Made by a program: the position numbers and the translations under genes
Source: an uncultured bacterium
GTDB taxonomy: Bacteria; Patescibacteriota; Minisyncoccia; Phycocordibacterales; CAIZLB01
Assembly (NCBI GenBank): GCA_903936565.1
Contig: CAIZVZ010000019.1
Span: 3,559 to 67,558 of the forward strand
Reading direction: 5' to 3'
Length of the DNA stretch: 64,000 bases
Part shown: positions 18,949-29,416 of the stretch, in pieces
Layout of the letters: every line of letters starts with the position of its first letter
How positions within the stretch are numbered: the first letter of the stretch is position 1
The notes under the pieces: model-generated
Told to the model about the DNA's origin: nothing
Databases searched by the model: none
Seen by the model: the letters and a program-made list of their open reading frames with translations, nothing else

Positions 18949-19716
18949 CTATTTTTTATCCGCTGATCCCCACAATACTTCAAAATTTTTCCAGAAACTC
19001 TCAACTACGACTTTGTTCTTGATTGAAAATACAATAGGCTTTTTACCCCAAACTGAAAGCATAACTTCACTTAGAGAGAGATTGATTGCTATTGGTCCAA
19101 AATAGTTTTTTGGAAGGAATCCAAGTTTGTATTTTTTTATATCCTTTCTTTCGTGAATGGTGTCAATTATTGGGTTTAGTTTTTTCTCAAGTAGCATTCT
19201 GACATCGCCAGTCTTTGGGAAGGTCCACTCATCTACTTTTACAAAGAAATTAGAAATCTTCTGTAGTGAACTTTTGTCAATTGCATTTGATCCAAAACCA
19301 ATAATTCCAAGGGGTTCATTTTTCTTTACGTTTTCAAGGTGTTGGCTAAATGCAAGTTGAAATCCATGCACACCTTCAAAAACGTTTATTTCATTCCTAT
19401 CCTGTTTATTCTGGGGAAGTGAGGCTATACTTTTGGATAATTTATTTAATTCCTCGAGGTTTTGTTTATATTCGTCGATTAATTGATTTGGCAATTCTGC
19501 ACGATAATACTTCACATTGTTTTTTACTAAATAAGAAACAAGACCTTTTTCTGTTAACAATCTCAGGGATTCATAAACACGTGAGCTTGAAATACCTGTC
19601 TCTTTAATTATCGCTCCGGTCTTGGATGTGCCAATAAGATACAGCGCTTCATAAACCTTTATATCATTATTGTGTAAACCAAATTGCTTTAATATTTCTA
19701 TTTTCATAATTACCAT
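18949..19716 (-). CDS. TrmB-family HTH regulator-like protein (paralog 2)
   Basis: MKIEILKQFGLHNNDIKVYEALYLIGTSKTGAIIKETGISSSRVYESLRLLTEKGLVS, with C-terminal VVESFWKNFEVLW. The start may instead be the 4th-codon Met at 19707. Confidence 0.65.
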   Translation of the reverse strand: MVIMKIEILKQFGLHNNDIKVYEALYLIGTSKTGAIIKETGISSSRVYESLRLLTEKGLVSYLVKNNVKYYRAELPNQLIDEYKQNLEELNKLSKSIASLPQNKQDRNEINVFEGVHGFQLAFSQHLENVKKNEPLGIIGFGSNAIDKSSLQKISNFFVKVDEWTFPKTGDVRMLLEKKLNPIIDTIHERKDIKKYKLGFLPKNYFGPIAINLSLSEVMLSVWGKKPIVFSIKNKVVVESFWKNFEVLWGSADKK

Positions 19717-19807
19717 ATTTAGTTATTACTCTCCTGTAAAGGAGGGTTTGATTTGTAATATATCAACAATATACACTACTCAAGATTATTAAACAAATAA
19801 AGAGAAA

Positions 19808-20944
19808 ATGAATAAATATTTAAAAGTTGTTCTTATATTATGTGTTATGGGGATTGGTGCCACTTTGCTATTTAGGAGTGTGTCTAACAATAATGAAAAC
19901 ATAAAGATTGGTGGTATCTCAGCTCTTTCTGGAGTTGGTGCTTCTGTGGGTGAGGATGAAAGAAAGGGCGCGGTTCTGGCGGTGGAAGAAGTAAATAAAA
20001 GAGGGGGAATAAACGGAAGAACAATCGAACTTATTTCTGAGGATCTTTCTATTGATAAAATTAATAAAGCCGTTTCTGTTGCGGAAAAACTTATTAATAT
20101 TGATAAGGTTGTAGCGATAGTGGGAGCACAGTGGGACGAGACTACTTTTCCAATATTACCCATCGCCGAGAAAGCTGAGGTTTCAATGGTAGGTGCTGAC
20201 AATTCTGATCAGCTTGAGAAAGATAAAGATTATCCATATTTTTTCTCTACTTGGTATGATAATCGAGTTGGGGTGAGAGAGATACTTCGCTATTCTGGTA
20301 CCCACAATATTAAAAGAATCTCAATAATTAAATTTCTCGCCGCTGGTTTCTGGGAATTTACAGCAAGAACCATGACAGATGAAGCTTCGAAGTATGATGT
20401 TGAGGTGGTAAATGAGTCCGATTTGGGGAATCCAACAGCTCTTGATTTTAGAACTGAACTACTTAAGGTAAATCAATACAATCCAGATGCAATTTTTATT
20501 GTCACAAATGACTTTAATCAATGTTCGTTTTTGAAGCAAAAAGCTGAGTTGGGAATAAATACTATTGCGTTAGGAACAGAGTCATCCGCTGATGGAACTT
20601 CAATTACAAATTGTCCTGACTTAATGGAAGACAGAGTTTGGAGTGCTCCGAAGGGCGGAAATAAATATTACGAATTTGAATCTAGATTCACGGCGCGTTT
20701 CGGTCAGAAACCAAATTCACCTTCTGCTGCAACTGCGTATGATGCCGTTATGGTCATTGCCAGTGCATTGCAAAAGACAAACGGTAGGGGTGGCGAAGAG
20801 TTACAAAACGCAATACAAGCAACAAATATCGATGGTGTTTCTGTAGATAAGATTGTATTTAATCAAAAAGGCTTTTTAGTTACTCCGGAGGATACTTTCT
20901 CCATGAAGGGATTTAAAGATGGAGAAGCGGTGGATTTGAAGTAG
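19808..20944 (+). CDS. membrane-anchored LivJ-like type-I solute-binding protein (paralog 2), orphan
   Basis: TM anchor, then IKIGGISALSGVGASVGEDERKGAVLAVEEVNKRGGINGRTIELISED. Confidence 0.7.
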   Translation: MNKYLKVVLILCVMGIGATLLFRSVSNNNENIKIGGISALSGVGASVGEDERKGAVLAVEEVNKRGGINGRTIELISEDLSIDKINKAVSVAEKLINIDKVVAIVGAQWDETTFPILPIAEKAEVSMVGADNSDQLEKDKDYPYFFSTWYDNRVGVREILRYSGTHNIKRISIIKFLAAGFWEFTARTMTDEASKYDVEVVNESDLGNPTALDFRTELLKVNQYNPDAIFIVTNDFNQCSFLKQKAELGINTIALGTESSADGTSITNCPDLMEDRVWSAPKGGNKYYEFESRFTARFGQKPNSPSAATAYDAVMVIASALQKTNGRGGEELQNAIQATNIDGVSVDKIVFNQKGFLVTPEDTFSMKGFKDGEAVDLK

Positions 20945-21022
20945 ATTTGTAGTAAATAATAAAAAACAAAACCAAGCCTATTTATAAAGCTCGGTTTTGT
21001 TTTTTGAGAAATTGTATCAAGA

Positions 21023-22165
21023 CTATTTTACATTCACCCACTCACCACCTTTAATTGTCATAAGTAGAGTATCTCTTTGTGAAACCCCCTTCTCATTGAA
21101 GCTCAGTTTTCCAGATATTCCGTCGTGATTAATCTTTGTGAAGTTTGTTGTAAAACAAGTATTGTCTATTTTACCATCCGCATTTAGACACTTCTCAATA
21201 ACGCCAGACATTGCAATTACATCGTCATATGCGAATGTAACGTCCGCTGCCAACTTTACTCCAAATCTTTTTTCGTATCTATCTTTGAACTCCTTTTGTT
21301 TTTCAGTTAATGATCCATAGACGAATCCAAACCAACCTGTCACCGTCTTGTTTTTTTCGTAGAGATTTCTAATCTCTACGGTATCACCACTTGGCAAAAA
21401 TGGAGCGAGCATTTGATATGTTTGTATGTTAATCATGCCCAATTGATCCATTTGTCTCATTAAAATATCTGATTTTGTATGAGAGCATGTGAAAATAGCA
21501 TCTGGATTCACATTCTTAATCTTAGTTAGGGTTGTTTTGAAATCATTGTCCTCTGGGGTAAACATATATTCAGCAACAAGATTCTTTCCTTCTTTGTTAA
21601 ATATTTCCTTCGCTGTACCCAAGTATTCATTACAAGCTGTGTTGTTTTGACCAAAATATGCAATTCTAACGTGATTATCTGTGATCATTTGATTTGCCAT
21701 AGTCTTACCCATGTCTTTTGTATCAAAGTAATCTCTAAAGAATAAATCATTGTTTTCTGCGATTTCTGCAAAGGCTGAAGCATAGACCATTGGTATCTCT
21801 GCATTACCTGCTGTATCCTTTACAGCCTGCGTAATGTGAGTAAAGGCAGAGAATAGAATATCTACTTTGTCCACATTAATCAGTTTATTAACTCCTGATA
21901 CCGCTGGGTTAGCCAACCCCTGATTATCTTCAGTCTTTAGCTCCAGCATCCTACCTTTGATTCCTCCCGCTTTGTTTATATCTTCAACAGCCAATAGAAG
22001 TCCATTTCTTTCGGACTCTCCAATAAATGAAAGATTACCAGAAAGCGCCAAGGTAGCACCTATTTTAATAGTATCTGCTGACTTTTTCTGTTCATTAACG
22101 CTGATTACTGAAATAATGATTACTAATACGATTGCTATAATGGTCCAAATTGTTTTGTTTTTCAT
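21023..22165 (-). CDS. membrane-anchored LivJ-like type-I solute-binding protein (paralog 3), orphan
   Basis: TM anchor, then IKIGATLALSGNLSFIGESERNGLLLAVEDINKAGGIKGRMLELKTEDNQ. Confidence 0.7.
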   Translation of the reverse strand: MKNKTIWTIIAIVLVIIISVISVNEQKKSADTIKIGATLALSGNLSFIGESERNGLLLAVEDINKAGGIKGRMLELKTEDNQGLANPAVSGVNKLINVDKVDILFSAFTHITQAVKDTAGNAEIPMVYASAFAEIAENNDLFFRDYFDTKDMGKTMANQMITDNHVRIAYFGQNNTACNEYLGTAKEIFNKEGKNLVAEYMFTPEDNDFKTTLTKIKNVNPDAIFTCSHTKSDILMRQMDQLGMINIQTYQMLAPFLPSGDTVEIRNLYEKNKTVTGWFGFVYGSLTEKQKEFKDRYEKRFGVKLAADVTFAYDDVIAMSGVIEKCLNADGKIDNTCFTTNFTKINHDGISGKLSFNEKGVSQRDTLLMTIKGGEWVNVK

Positions 22166-22290
22166 GATTTGTATATTAATTTACAAACACCATTATATGT
22201 TGCATTGTATATCTTGTCATAAAAATCGATTAAGTATTTTATATATTCCCAAATAACTAATCTATAAGCCATATTAAAGACTATTTACTG

Positions 22291-22309
22291 TTGTCGGTAT
22301 TTCTGACAC
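22291..22309 (+). promoter_or_regulatory. inverted repeat TTGTCG-N7-TGACAC 10 nt upstream of regulator paralog 3 start; candidate operator
   Basis: ttgtcg gtatttc tgacac, read directly from the sequence. It has the same 6-N7-6 architecture as the repeat at 30605-30623. Confidence 0.4.
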
Positions 22310-22319
22310 AATATGGAAT

Positions 22320-23090
22320 ATGGATGAAATATTACAAAAACTTGAGGAGTTTGGCATCAGTGAAAAGGCGGCAAAGATATATATTAGTCTGCTGCGTGAG
22401 CAAGATGTACCTGTATATAAGGTTGCTACGACCAGCAAAATACCTAGAACTACGGTTTATGCGATATTGGAGGAGTTGGAATCACAAGGTTTAGTGTCCA
22501 GTTGGAAGAAAAACAACGTAAAATACTACTCGGCAGAGAATCCTGAGAATCTTAAGAGAATATTGAAAAATAAGGAGATGGCACTTAATGAGATCTTTGG
22601 GGACTTAAGTGGAATGTTTAAGTTGGAGCGAGATAATCCTAAAACTAGGGTTTTGATTGGTGTGGAGGGAGTTAAAATAGCTTTTGAACACATGTTGGAG
22701 GTTATGGTCCAAGAGAGATTGAAGTTGGTTTATGCCTTTTTTGAATCTCAATTGACTGAATTATTCCCTAAATTCTTTTTTGAGTGGAGAGCGAGGAAAA
22801 ACAAGAAGACTGGAGCTACAACATTTCTTCTCGTTCCAAGTGGACTAGGTTTACACGAACACTACAAGAGCGATCCTTATAGAATAACCCGTGAGATGCC
22901 AAAAAAGTGGCCAGGTGGATCGTTTGCGATAATCGGAACCAATATATTTTTCTTCTCATTTAAGGAAAATGAGGTCTATTCTATAATTATTGAATCAAAA
23001 ATTATCTCCACCATGTTTGGGGGATTGTTTATGTATATTTGGAATACGCTGGATGATGATGTGGGGGTTAGAAATAAGGCTGAGTTTTAA
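22320..23090 (+). CDS. TrmB-family HTH regulator-like protein (paralog 3)
   Basis: MDEILQKLEEFGISEKAAKIYISLLREQDVPVYKVATTSKIPRTTVYAILEELESQGLVS, with C-terminal IIESKIISTMFGGLFMYIWN. Confidence 0.65.
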   Translation: MDEILQKLEEFGISEKAAKIYISLLREQDVPVYKVATTSKIPRTTVYAILEELESQGLVSSWKKNNVKYYSAENPENLKRILKNKEMALNEIFGDLSGMFKLERDNPKTRVLIGVEGVKIAFEHMLEVMVQERLKLVYAFFESQLTELFPKFFFEWRARKNKKTGATTFLLVPSGLGLHEHYKSDPYRITREMPKKWPGGSFAIIGTNIFFFSFKENEVYSIIIESKIISTMFGGLFMYIWNTLDDDVGVRNKAEF

Positions 23091-23135
23091 GTGTTCTTCT
23101 GACAATAATAATTATTAAGGTTGTGAAACGGTGTT

Positions 23136-23900
23136 TTATTTCCCCATATTCCACAAAACATCAAAAAACCTCCTATAACTCTCAACCATCTTCTGACTTT
23201 TAATTGAAAAGCGAATATGTGGTGTTCCAAATAGGTTAAACACCACTTCATTCGGAAAAATACTCATATTTACCTCATTTTCAAATCTACCATTCAATAA
23301 TCTTGATTTAAAGTTACTTCTCGGGTCATATTTTTCCTTAATTGCCTCTTCTTGCCCTAGTGACCCGACGTATTTCACGCTAATTTCTTTTTTGTTTCTC
23401 TGGTATTCATACTCCGTAAGAAGGTTTCCCATTGTTTCAGCCCACTGATCGCCAATCCCTCCAATAACAAGAAATTCAGATCCTTTTGGGGCGTCTTGCA
23501 GTGCCTTAAACTCAGATGCGATAAAAGACTCTGTTCCTTTAATAACATCAAAGTTCTGTTCATCTACATAATCAATCAAATTACTCAGGTTTTGCGATAG
23601 ATTTTCTGCAATAACCTTCTGCTTTTCAGCTTCAAGTACCAGAAGAGAGGGGTTTTGTGCTTCAAATTGCTTCCGACCGTTTTTAAGCGTGAAACGAACC
23701 ATGTTCTTTTCCTCTAGTTCTTTAAGTGAATTATAGACAAACTGGTTGTGTAACCCTGTCTCTTTAACTATCTTAGATGCTCCAACTCCACCGAGTCTGA
23801 GTAGGGAGTAGTAGACTCGTGCGGTTTTATCGCTAAAACCAAGCTTTTGGAAGTCATTTAAGAGTTTAGTGGGTATATTTTTATCAATATTGTTTGACAT
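23136..23900 (-). CDS. TrmB-family HTH regulator-like protein (paralog 4)
   Basis: LLNDFQKLGFSDKTARVYYSLLRLGGVGASKIVKETGLHNQFVYNSLKELEEKNMV, with C-terminal MVESYRRFFDVLWNMG. Confidence 0.65.
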   Translation of the reverse strand: MSNNIDKNIPTKLLNDFQKLGFSDKTARVYYSLLRLGGVGASKIVKETGLHNQFVYNSLKELEEKNMVRFTLKNGRKQFEAQNPSLLVLEAEKQKVIAENLSQNLSNLIDYVDEQNFDVIKGTESFIASEFKALQDAPKGSEFLVIGGIGDQWAETMGNLLTEYEYQRNKKEISVKYVGSLGQEEAIKEKYDPRSNFKSRLLNGRFENEVNMSIFPNEVVFNLFGTPHIRFSIKSQKMVESYRRFFDVLWNMGK

Positions 23901-24017
23901 AGTTGTAATTTAAGCCTTTATATAAATACTATTTCATATATATAACTTTGTCAATAAATCATTGTAATAATTGACAAAACTGGAATAATATATTGTATTA
24001 AAAGATAAACAATATAT

Positions 24018-25145
24018 ATGAAAAACAAAAAGAACATATTTATAGCTATAGTTGGGATTATCGTAATAGTCTCACTCGTTTGGATGGGATCTAGGGATAA
24101 TTCCGTAGTAAGTGAAAATTCAGGTAATTTTAAAGCCAACAATCAAGAAATTGTTATTGGAGCAGTACTATCAGAAACTGGAATGGCTTCAATTGATGGG
24201 AATAACATAAAGAGTGGAATTGAATTTGCAAGAGAAGAATTAGCAAAGAAGGGGATTAATGTTAAGGTTGTTTATGAAGACGATCAAACTAATCCAAAGA
24301 ATACAGTTACTGCGATTCAAAAGTTAGTTGATATTAACCACCCCCAAGCTTTGATTGGTCCTACATGGAGTTTCTTGGCTGAAGCTGCTGGTCCTGTGGT
24401 TGAGAGAAATAAGATTGTTTCAATGAGTCCAGCAAATACTAGTGAGTTTGTTTCCGTTAATTCAGGATATTTCTTCTTTGGTGCACCAAAGAATGAGGCT
24501 AAGGAGAAATATGCAACAGATTGGATTAAGGAAAGGGGATTGAAGAGAATTGCAATTGTTGTTGAGAAAAGTGGTTGGTCAGATAGTCACATTGTACCGT
24601 TTGAGAATGCGATAAAGAATGCTGGTGCAGAGCTTGTGTTCACTGAAAAATTCACCTATGCACAAAACTCAGTTGATGGTGGATCTGTAAAGGATATTAT
24701 TATGAAAGCAAAGAACGCTGGAGTTGATGGAGTGCTTTATACAGGTTTTGATCAATCAACTGCTGTTCTAATTTCAAAGAAGCAAGAATTGAAAGCAGAT
24801 TTTCAAATGCTCATGGCAACAGAAATTCCAGTGGGACTTCAAAAGAAGGGGGTTGTGAATATAAAGGATTCTGACAATATGTTTATCATTAGCCCTAAGG
24901 ATTCAGAATCTTTCAGTGATGCATACAAGGCAAGATACAATGAGTATCCAGGTGCGTATGCGGACAGAGGATATGATAGTTTGATGCTACTCGTTTCCGC
25001 TTTACAGAATAAGGGCGATATGGATCTTAAGGATTATCTAAAATCTGATTCAAGTATAAAGTATAATGGTTATGCTGGAGTGTATGACTTTGATCAGAAG
25101 GGAGATATTAAAGATAGTACTTGGAAGGTGGTGAAGATAAAATAG
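24018..25145 (+). CDS. membrane-anchored LivJ-like type-I solute-binding protein (paralog 4), orphan
   Basis: TM anchor, then IVIGAVLSETGMASIDGNNIKSGIEFAREELAKKGINVKVVYEDDQTNP. Confidence 0.7.
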   Translation: MKNKKNIFIAIVGIIVIVSLVWMGSRDNSVVSENSGNFKANNQEIVIGAVLSETGMASIDGNNIKSGIEFAREELAKKGINVKVVYEDDQTNPKNTVTAIQKLVDINHPQALIGPTWSFLAEAAGPVVERNKIVSMSPANTSEFVSVNSGYFFFGAPKNEAKEKYATDWIKERGLKRIAIVVEKSGWSDSHIVPFENAIKNAGAELVFTEKFTYAQNSVDGGSVKDIIMKAKNAGVDGVLYTGFDQSTAVLISKKQELKADFQMLMATEIPVGLQKKGVVNIKDSDNMFIISPKDSESFSDAYKARYNEYPGAYADRGYDSLMLLVSALQNKGDMDLKDYLKSDSSIKYNGYAGVYDFDQKGDIKDSTWKVVKIK

Positions 25146-25171
25146 AAAAATAGTAAACAAAAGTTTGTTAT

Positions 25172-25199
25172 ACAAAACCTATAGAAATATAGGTTTTGT
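25172..25199. terminator. bidirectional rho-independent terminator between SBP paralog 4 (+) and regulator paralog 5 (-)
   Basis: Perfect 12-bp stem ACAAAACCTATA-gaaa-TATAGGTTTTGT, flanked by A-runs on one side and T-runs on the other. Confidence 0.7.
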
Positions 25200-25208
25200 T
25201 TTTACATT

Positions 25209-25976
25209 TTATTTATCAAACTGCTTCGCACCAAGCCAGGATAATGCGTGAATTTTCTTAAACGCATCAGCAATTTCTTTACTTTCAATTATAATACCAA
25301 GCTTTTCTTTCCAAGACGCTATCATTATCTTGTTATTATAGATATTAATTTCAGGTGTGAAGTTGAACATTTCATTGGGAACCAGAAGGGTCTCTCGTAA
25401 TTCATTAGAGTCCTCCTTCTTTCTGAGTTTTCCCAACTCTGTATCTGGTACAATGGCGTGTGCCCATATCTTTTTGGCAGCTCTTCTTTTGTAATACTTT
25501 GGAAAATAGTTTGGCATTCCATCGTGCATTTCATCAACATTGGCAAATCCTAGTATTCCATCATCACTTGTGAGTGTGTCTTCATATACTTTCATCAAAC
25601 CATCTTCTCCTTCATAAAACTTCACAGAAGGTTTACTTCCTTTTGATTGAATTGCCAATAAGCGGGGGACAAGATCTTGAGCCTTATTCAGATTCTCTTC
25701 AAGTATGTTTTGCTGTCTTTTGACGTAATTGGCGATGGAGATTGGCGCTTCTGCCATAAATTCTTGCCTACTTCCTTTACCGAGCGCATTAACAATACCT
25801 TTATTGGCAAGAGAATTTAAAATGTCATATCCTGTTGTTCTGTTAATGCCTGCTTTCTTGGAAATATCAGCTACTTTTGCGTTACCTAATTCAAGTAGGG
25901 ATACGTAAACCTTGGCTTCTTTGTCGGATAGTCCTAATTTTTCTAATATAGTCTCAAGATTTGTGTACTGGCTCAT
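25209..25976 (-). CDS. TrmB-family HTH regulator-like protein (paralog 5)
   Basis: ILEKLGLSDKEAKVYVSLLELGNAKVADISKKAGINRTTGYDILNSLANKGIV, with C-terminal IIESKEIADAFKKIHALSWLG. Confidence 0.65.
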   Translation of the reverse strand: MSQYTNLETILEKLGLSDKEAKVYVSLLELGNAKVADISKKAGINRTTGYDILNSLANKGIVNALGKGSRQEFMAEAPISIANYVKRQQNILEENLNKAQDLVPRLLAIQSKGSKPSVKFYEGEDGLMKVYEDTLTSDDGILGFANVDEMHDGMPNYFPKYYKRRAAKKIWAHAIVPDTELGKLRKKEDSNELRETLLVPNEMFNFTPEINIYNNKIMIASWKEKLGIIIESKEIADAFKKIHALSWLGAKQFDK

Positions 25977-26152
25977 ATTACCCTTATTATAATAAAACTA
26001 GTACTTGTGTCAATCGTGTTCCACAGTAATGTATTTATTATGTGTTTACATATAATGCTTGTATTGCAAATAACTGTAAACTTGGCGCAATGTTTTGACA
26101 GTATTTGATCACAATATTATAATTTGTCCAATTATAAATAATAATCAAATAT

Positions 26153-27259
26153 ATGAAAAAGAAAGTCATTTGGACAGTAGTTGTAGGTATGGTAGTTATA
26201 GCGGTTATATTTGCTGTAGGTAACAATGACAAAAAAGACACGAATACGATTAAAATTGGTAGTGTTAGCGCCCTCACGGGAGACGGTGCTGTTTATGGGG
26301 AGGTTTCTAAGAGGGGGCTCGATATTGCCGTTGAGGAAATAAACGCAGTTGGGGGTGTAAATGGTAAGAAAATAGAGATGGTTTATGAGGATGGAAAGTG
26401 TGATGGCAAGTCAGCTCTAAATGGTGCGCAAAAACTACACGGCCAAGGAATTGATATTCTTTTGGGTGTGACTTGTAGTGGAGAGGTACTCTCTATTGCT
26501 CCGTTTGCCGAACAAAACAAGATGGTGTTAATCAGTCCATCTGGATCAAATCCTGATATAACAAAGGCGGGGGACTATATATTTAGAAACAACCCATCAG
26601 ACGCGAGCAGGTCTGTCGTTTTTGTCCAAAAGATTCTGGACTTGGGATATAAAAATGTGGCGATAATATCTGAACAAACTGATTTTTCACAAGGCCTTAG
26701 AAAATCAATAATTGAAGAAGGAAACAAAAAGGGGCTGAAGATTGTTTTTGATGAGGTGTTTGATAAAGACTCTAAGGATTTTAGGACAACTTTGTCTAAG
26801 TTAAAAAACACGCAGGCAGATTCATTGATACTTCTACCACAGACTGATGTAACAATGGTCCCTCTGTACTCTCAAGCTTATCAGCTGGGAATCAGATTAC
26901 CAACTTTTGTTGCTGGGGAACAGATGACTGCAAAAACAGAACAATCTTTGGGAAGTATAGTGAAGGGTGTTTACGTTGTAGAAGCTCCTGGTTTGGATTC
27001 TAATAACGAGATTGCAAATAAATTGCTGGCTAAGTATAAGGCTAAATATGGTCAGCTTACTTTGGATTTTTATATGGCAGCATCATATGACAATGCGTAT
27101 ATAATCAAGAGGGCAATTGAAATTGCTGGGACTGAAGACCCTACTAGGGTAAAAGAAGCCCTTTATAAAATCAAAGATTTCAAGGGTGCGATAGGAACTT
27201 ATGGTTTTGATTCTAATGGAGATATTCAGGGGGTGGGGTTTGTGATGAATCAAAGGTAG
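26153..27259 (+). CDS. membrane-anchored LivJ-like type-I solute-binding protein (paralog 5), orphan
   Basis: TM anchor, then IKIGSVSALTGDGAVYGEVSKRGLDIAVEEINAVGGVNGKKIEMVYEDGKCDGK. A consensus promoter TTGACA-17-TATAAT lies upstream at about 26093-26121. Confidence 0.7.
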   Translation: MKKKVIWTVVVGMVVIAVIFAVGNNDKKDTNTIKIGSVSALTGDGAVYGEVSKRGLDIAVEEINAVGGVNGKKIEMVYEDGKCDGKSALNGAQKLHGQGIDILLGVTCSGEVLSIAPFAEQNKMVLISPSGSNPDITKAGDYIFRNNPSDASRSVVFVQKILDLGYKNVAIISEQTDFSQGLRKSIIEEGNKKGLKIVFDEVFDKDSKDFRTTLSKLKNTQADSLILLPQTDVTMVPLYSQAYQLGIRLPTFVAGEQMTAKTEQSLGSIVKGVYVVEAPGLDSNNEIANKLLAKYKAKYGQLTLDFYMAASYDNAYIIKRAIEIAGTEDPTRVKEALYKIKDFKGAIGTYGFDSNGDIQGVGFVMNQR

Positions 27260-27311
27260 GATTCTGGTGGGAAGAATATTTGGGAATAAAACGTCTAGTA
27301 AAATAGGCGTT

Positions 27312-28073
27312 TTATTCTTGATTAGCAACCTTTTCTGCAACATTATTCCAAATCATGTTAAAGAATGATAAAAAGATACTACTAAATGGCTCTGATTCTA
27401 TGATTAGTGAATAAATCTTTTGATTATCCATAAAAAATAGGGCGGTCTTGTTGCCGTAGATATACATTGAACTTTTAATATCTTGCGGACCTTTGACCTC
27501 TCTAGTCTCTCTGAATGAGTTACTTTCATAGCCTTCATCAATGTCCCCTGGCACAAATTCAGGTCTGATTATTCTAATATGTATATTTGACTGCTCTCTT
27601 GTTTTAATCCATTCCCGGCTGACTTTTGGAAAATACTTAATAAAATCTGGTCTAAGGTATGCACTTATGGTTTTTACTTTTGTAAGCTTGGAATGATCTA
27701 AAATATCTTGAAGTACTGCTTTAGATCCTTCTTTTCCAGTGTATAACTTTGCGGAGGGAACAGCTCTGCCATCTTCGGAAAGTAGTCTGAGCTCTGGAAC
27801 CAGCTCCTTCATTTTCTCCAGCTTTTCTTCTTGAATTTTTAATAATCGGTTAGGACTCTCTGCTCCATAGTATTTAACTCCATTTTTCCTCCACATGCTT
27901 ACCAAACCCATTCTCTGCATTGATAGTAGGGTGTCATATATGGTTGTTTTAGCAATTCCAGTATCTTGAACGATCTGGGTAATTGAACAGTCTTTGAGCT
28001 TAAGGAGACTTAAATAGACCTGAGATTCCTTATCGGAAAAGCCAATTTGTGATAGTTGTTGAATATAATTCAT
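27312..28073 (-). CDS. TrmB-family HTH regulator-like protein (paralog 6)
   Basis: MNYIQQLSQIGFSDKESQVYLSLLKLKDCSITQIVQDTGIAKTTIYDTLLSMQRMGLVS, with C-terminal IIESEPFSSIFLSFFNMIWNN. Confidence 0.65.
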   Translation of the reverse strand: MNYIQQLSQIGFSDKESQVYLSLLKLKDCSITQIVQDTGIAKTTIYDTLLSMQRMGLVSMWRKNGVKYYGAESPNRLLKIQEEKLEKMKELVPELRLLSEDGRAVPSAKLYTGKEGSKAVLQDILDHSKLTKVKTISAYLRPDFIKYFPKVSREWIKTREQSNIHIRIIRPEFVPGDIDEGYESNSFRETREVKGPQDIKSSMYIYGNKTALFFMDNQKIYSLIIESEPFSSIFLSFFNMIWNNVAEKVANQE

Positions 28074-28221
28074 AAATGGTCGGAAAAAGCGACCAATATA
28101 TTATACATTATGAACCTTATAATACAAGTCAATTTCTGTTTCATATAAAATAGCGATTATAAAATGCGATTTAATTGACAAAGTCTAATATGATGTTGCT
28201 GTAATAATTTAAATCAAAAAT

Positions 28222-29358
28222 ATGAAAAAATACAAAATTATATGGATATCTATAGTCGTAGTACTTGCGATGGCGGTTGTGATTGCGGTTAGTGGTGGTG
28301 TGGATAGTTCCAATAATTCAGATACTATCAAGATTGGCTTTATTGGTGCTCTTTCGGGGGCTGACCCTTCATACGGAGAGGCCATGAAAGGTGGGGTAGA
28401 AATTGCTGTCGAGGAGATAAATTCTCAAGGTGGAATAGGTGGAAAAAAAGTTGAGGTAATATATGAGGATGGAAAATGTATTGATTCAAAAAGTGCCATA
28501 TCAGCTTTTCAGAAGCTGAATGATATAGATCGTGTTAAAGCCATAATTGGCGGTGGTTGTTCAAATGAAGTGGCTTCTATCACCAAAATGGTTGATAGTA
28601 ACGAGGTATTCTTGATATCCTCTGGCGCATCTAGTCCCGACATTTCTGGTTCAAGTAAATACATCTTTAGAAATTCTATAAACGATACAGAATCTAGTAA
28701 ACAATTGGCGATTCAAATCATTAAAGATGGTTACAACGATATTGCGATTATTACCGATAATTCAGATTATGCCTCAGGGTTTAGAAAATCATTTATAAAT
28801 GAGTTTGATAAGGTTGGTGGTGTCGTGAGTGTTGATACGATTGTTCAAGCCAATCAATCTGATTATAGATCTGATATTGCTAAACTAAAAGCCGTTAATC
28901 CAAAGGTAATATTTATTAATCCGGCTGTTCCAAAAACTGCGGGTATTATAATAAAACAAATAAAGGAAGCTGGTTTGAATTCTAAAATATATTTAACTTT
29001 CATGGCTACACCTGCATTTTTCAATATTGCAGGGGATAGTGCTGATGGAGCAACTGTGATTGATTTACCAAAGGTTACTGGTGATCTTTCTCGTAATATT
29101 CTTACAAAGTTTGAAACTATATACGGTCACAAAACTGTTTATGAATATAATACAGTTGCCGCCTATGATGCGGTGATGGTAATAAAAGAGGCGATAGTAA
29201 AGGTTGGATATGATTCTAACAAGATATCTAATTATTTATCTAAACATAATTTCTCTGGTGGGCTGGGTAATTTTAGTTTCAATGATCAGGGTGATGTTTC
29301 TGGAATGAAATACACACTTCAAATTATTAAGGGGCATGAGTTGGTGGAGATAAAATAG
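28222..29358 (+). CDS. membrane-anchored LivJ-like type-I solute-binding protein (paralog 6), orphan
   Basis: TM anchor, then IKIGFIGALSGADPSYGEAMKGGVEIAVEEINSQGGIGGKKVEVIYEDGKCIDSK. Confidence 0.7.
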   Translation: MKKYKIIWISIVVVLAMAVVIAVSGGVDSSNNSDTIKIGFIGALSGADPSYGEAMKGGVEIAVEEINSQGGIGGKKVEVIYEDGKCIDSKSAISAFQKLNDIDRVKAIIGGGCSNEVASITKMVDSNEVFLISSGASSPDISGSSKYIFRNSINDTESSKQLAIQIIKDGYNDIAIITDNSDYASGFRKSFINEFDKVGGVVSVDTIVQANQSDYRSDIAKLKAVNPKVIFINPAVPKTAGIIIKQIKEAGLNSKIYLTFMATPAFFNIAGDSADGATVIDLPKVTGDLSRNILTKFETIYGHKTVYEYNTVAAYDAVMVIKEAIVKVGYDSNKISNYLSKHNFSGGLGNFSFNDQGDVSGMKYTLQIIKGHELVEIK

Positions 29359-29370
29359 CTTATAAATAAA

Positions 29371-29396
29371 GGGCCCCGCAGATATCTGCGGGGCCC
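29371..29396. terminator. bidirectional rho-independent terminator between convergent SBP paralogs 6 and 7
   Basis: Perfect GC-rich palindrome GGGCCCCGCAGATATCTGCGGGGCCC, flanked by AAA on the left and TTT on the right. Confidence 0.8.
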
Positions 29397-29416
29397 TTTA
29401 TCGTAGGTTCTCGTAA

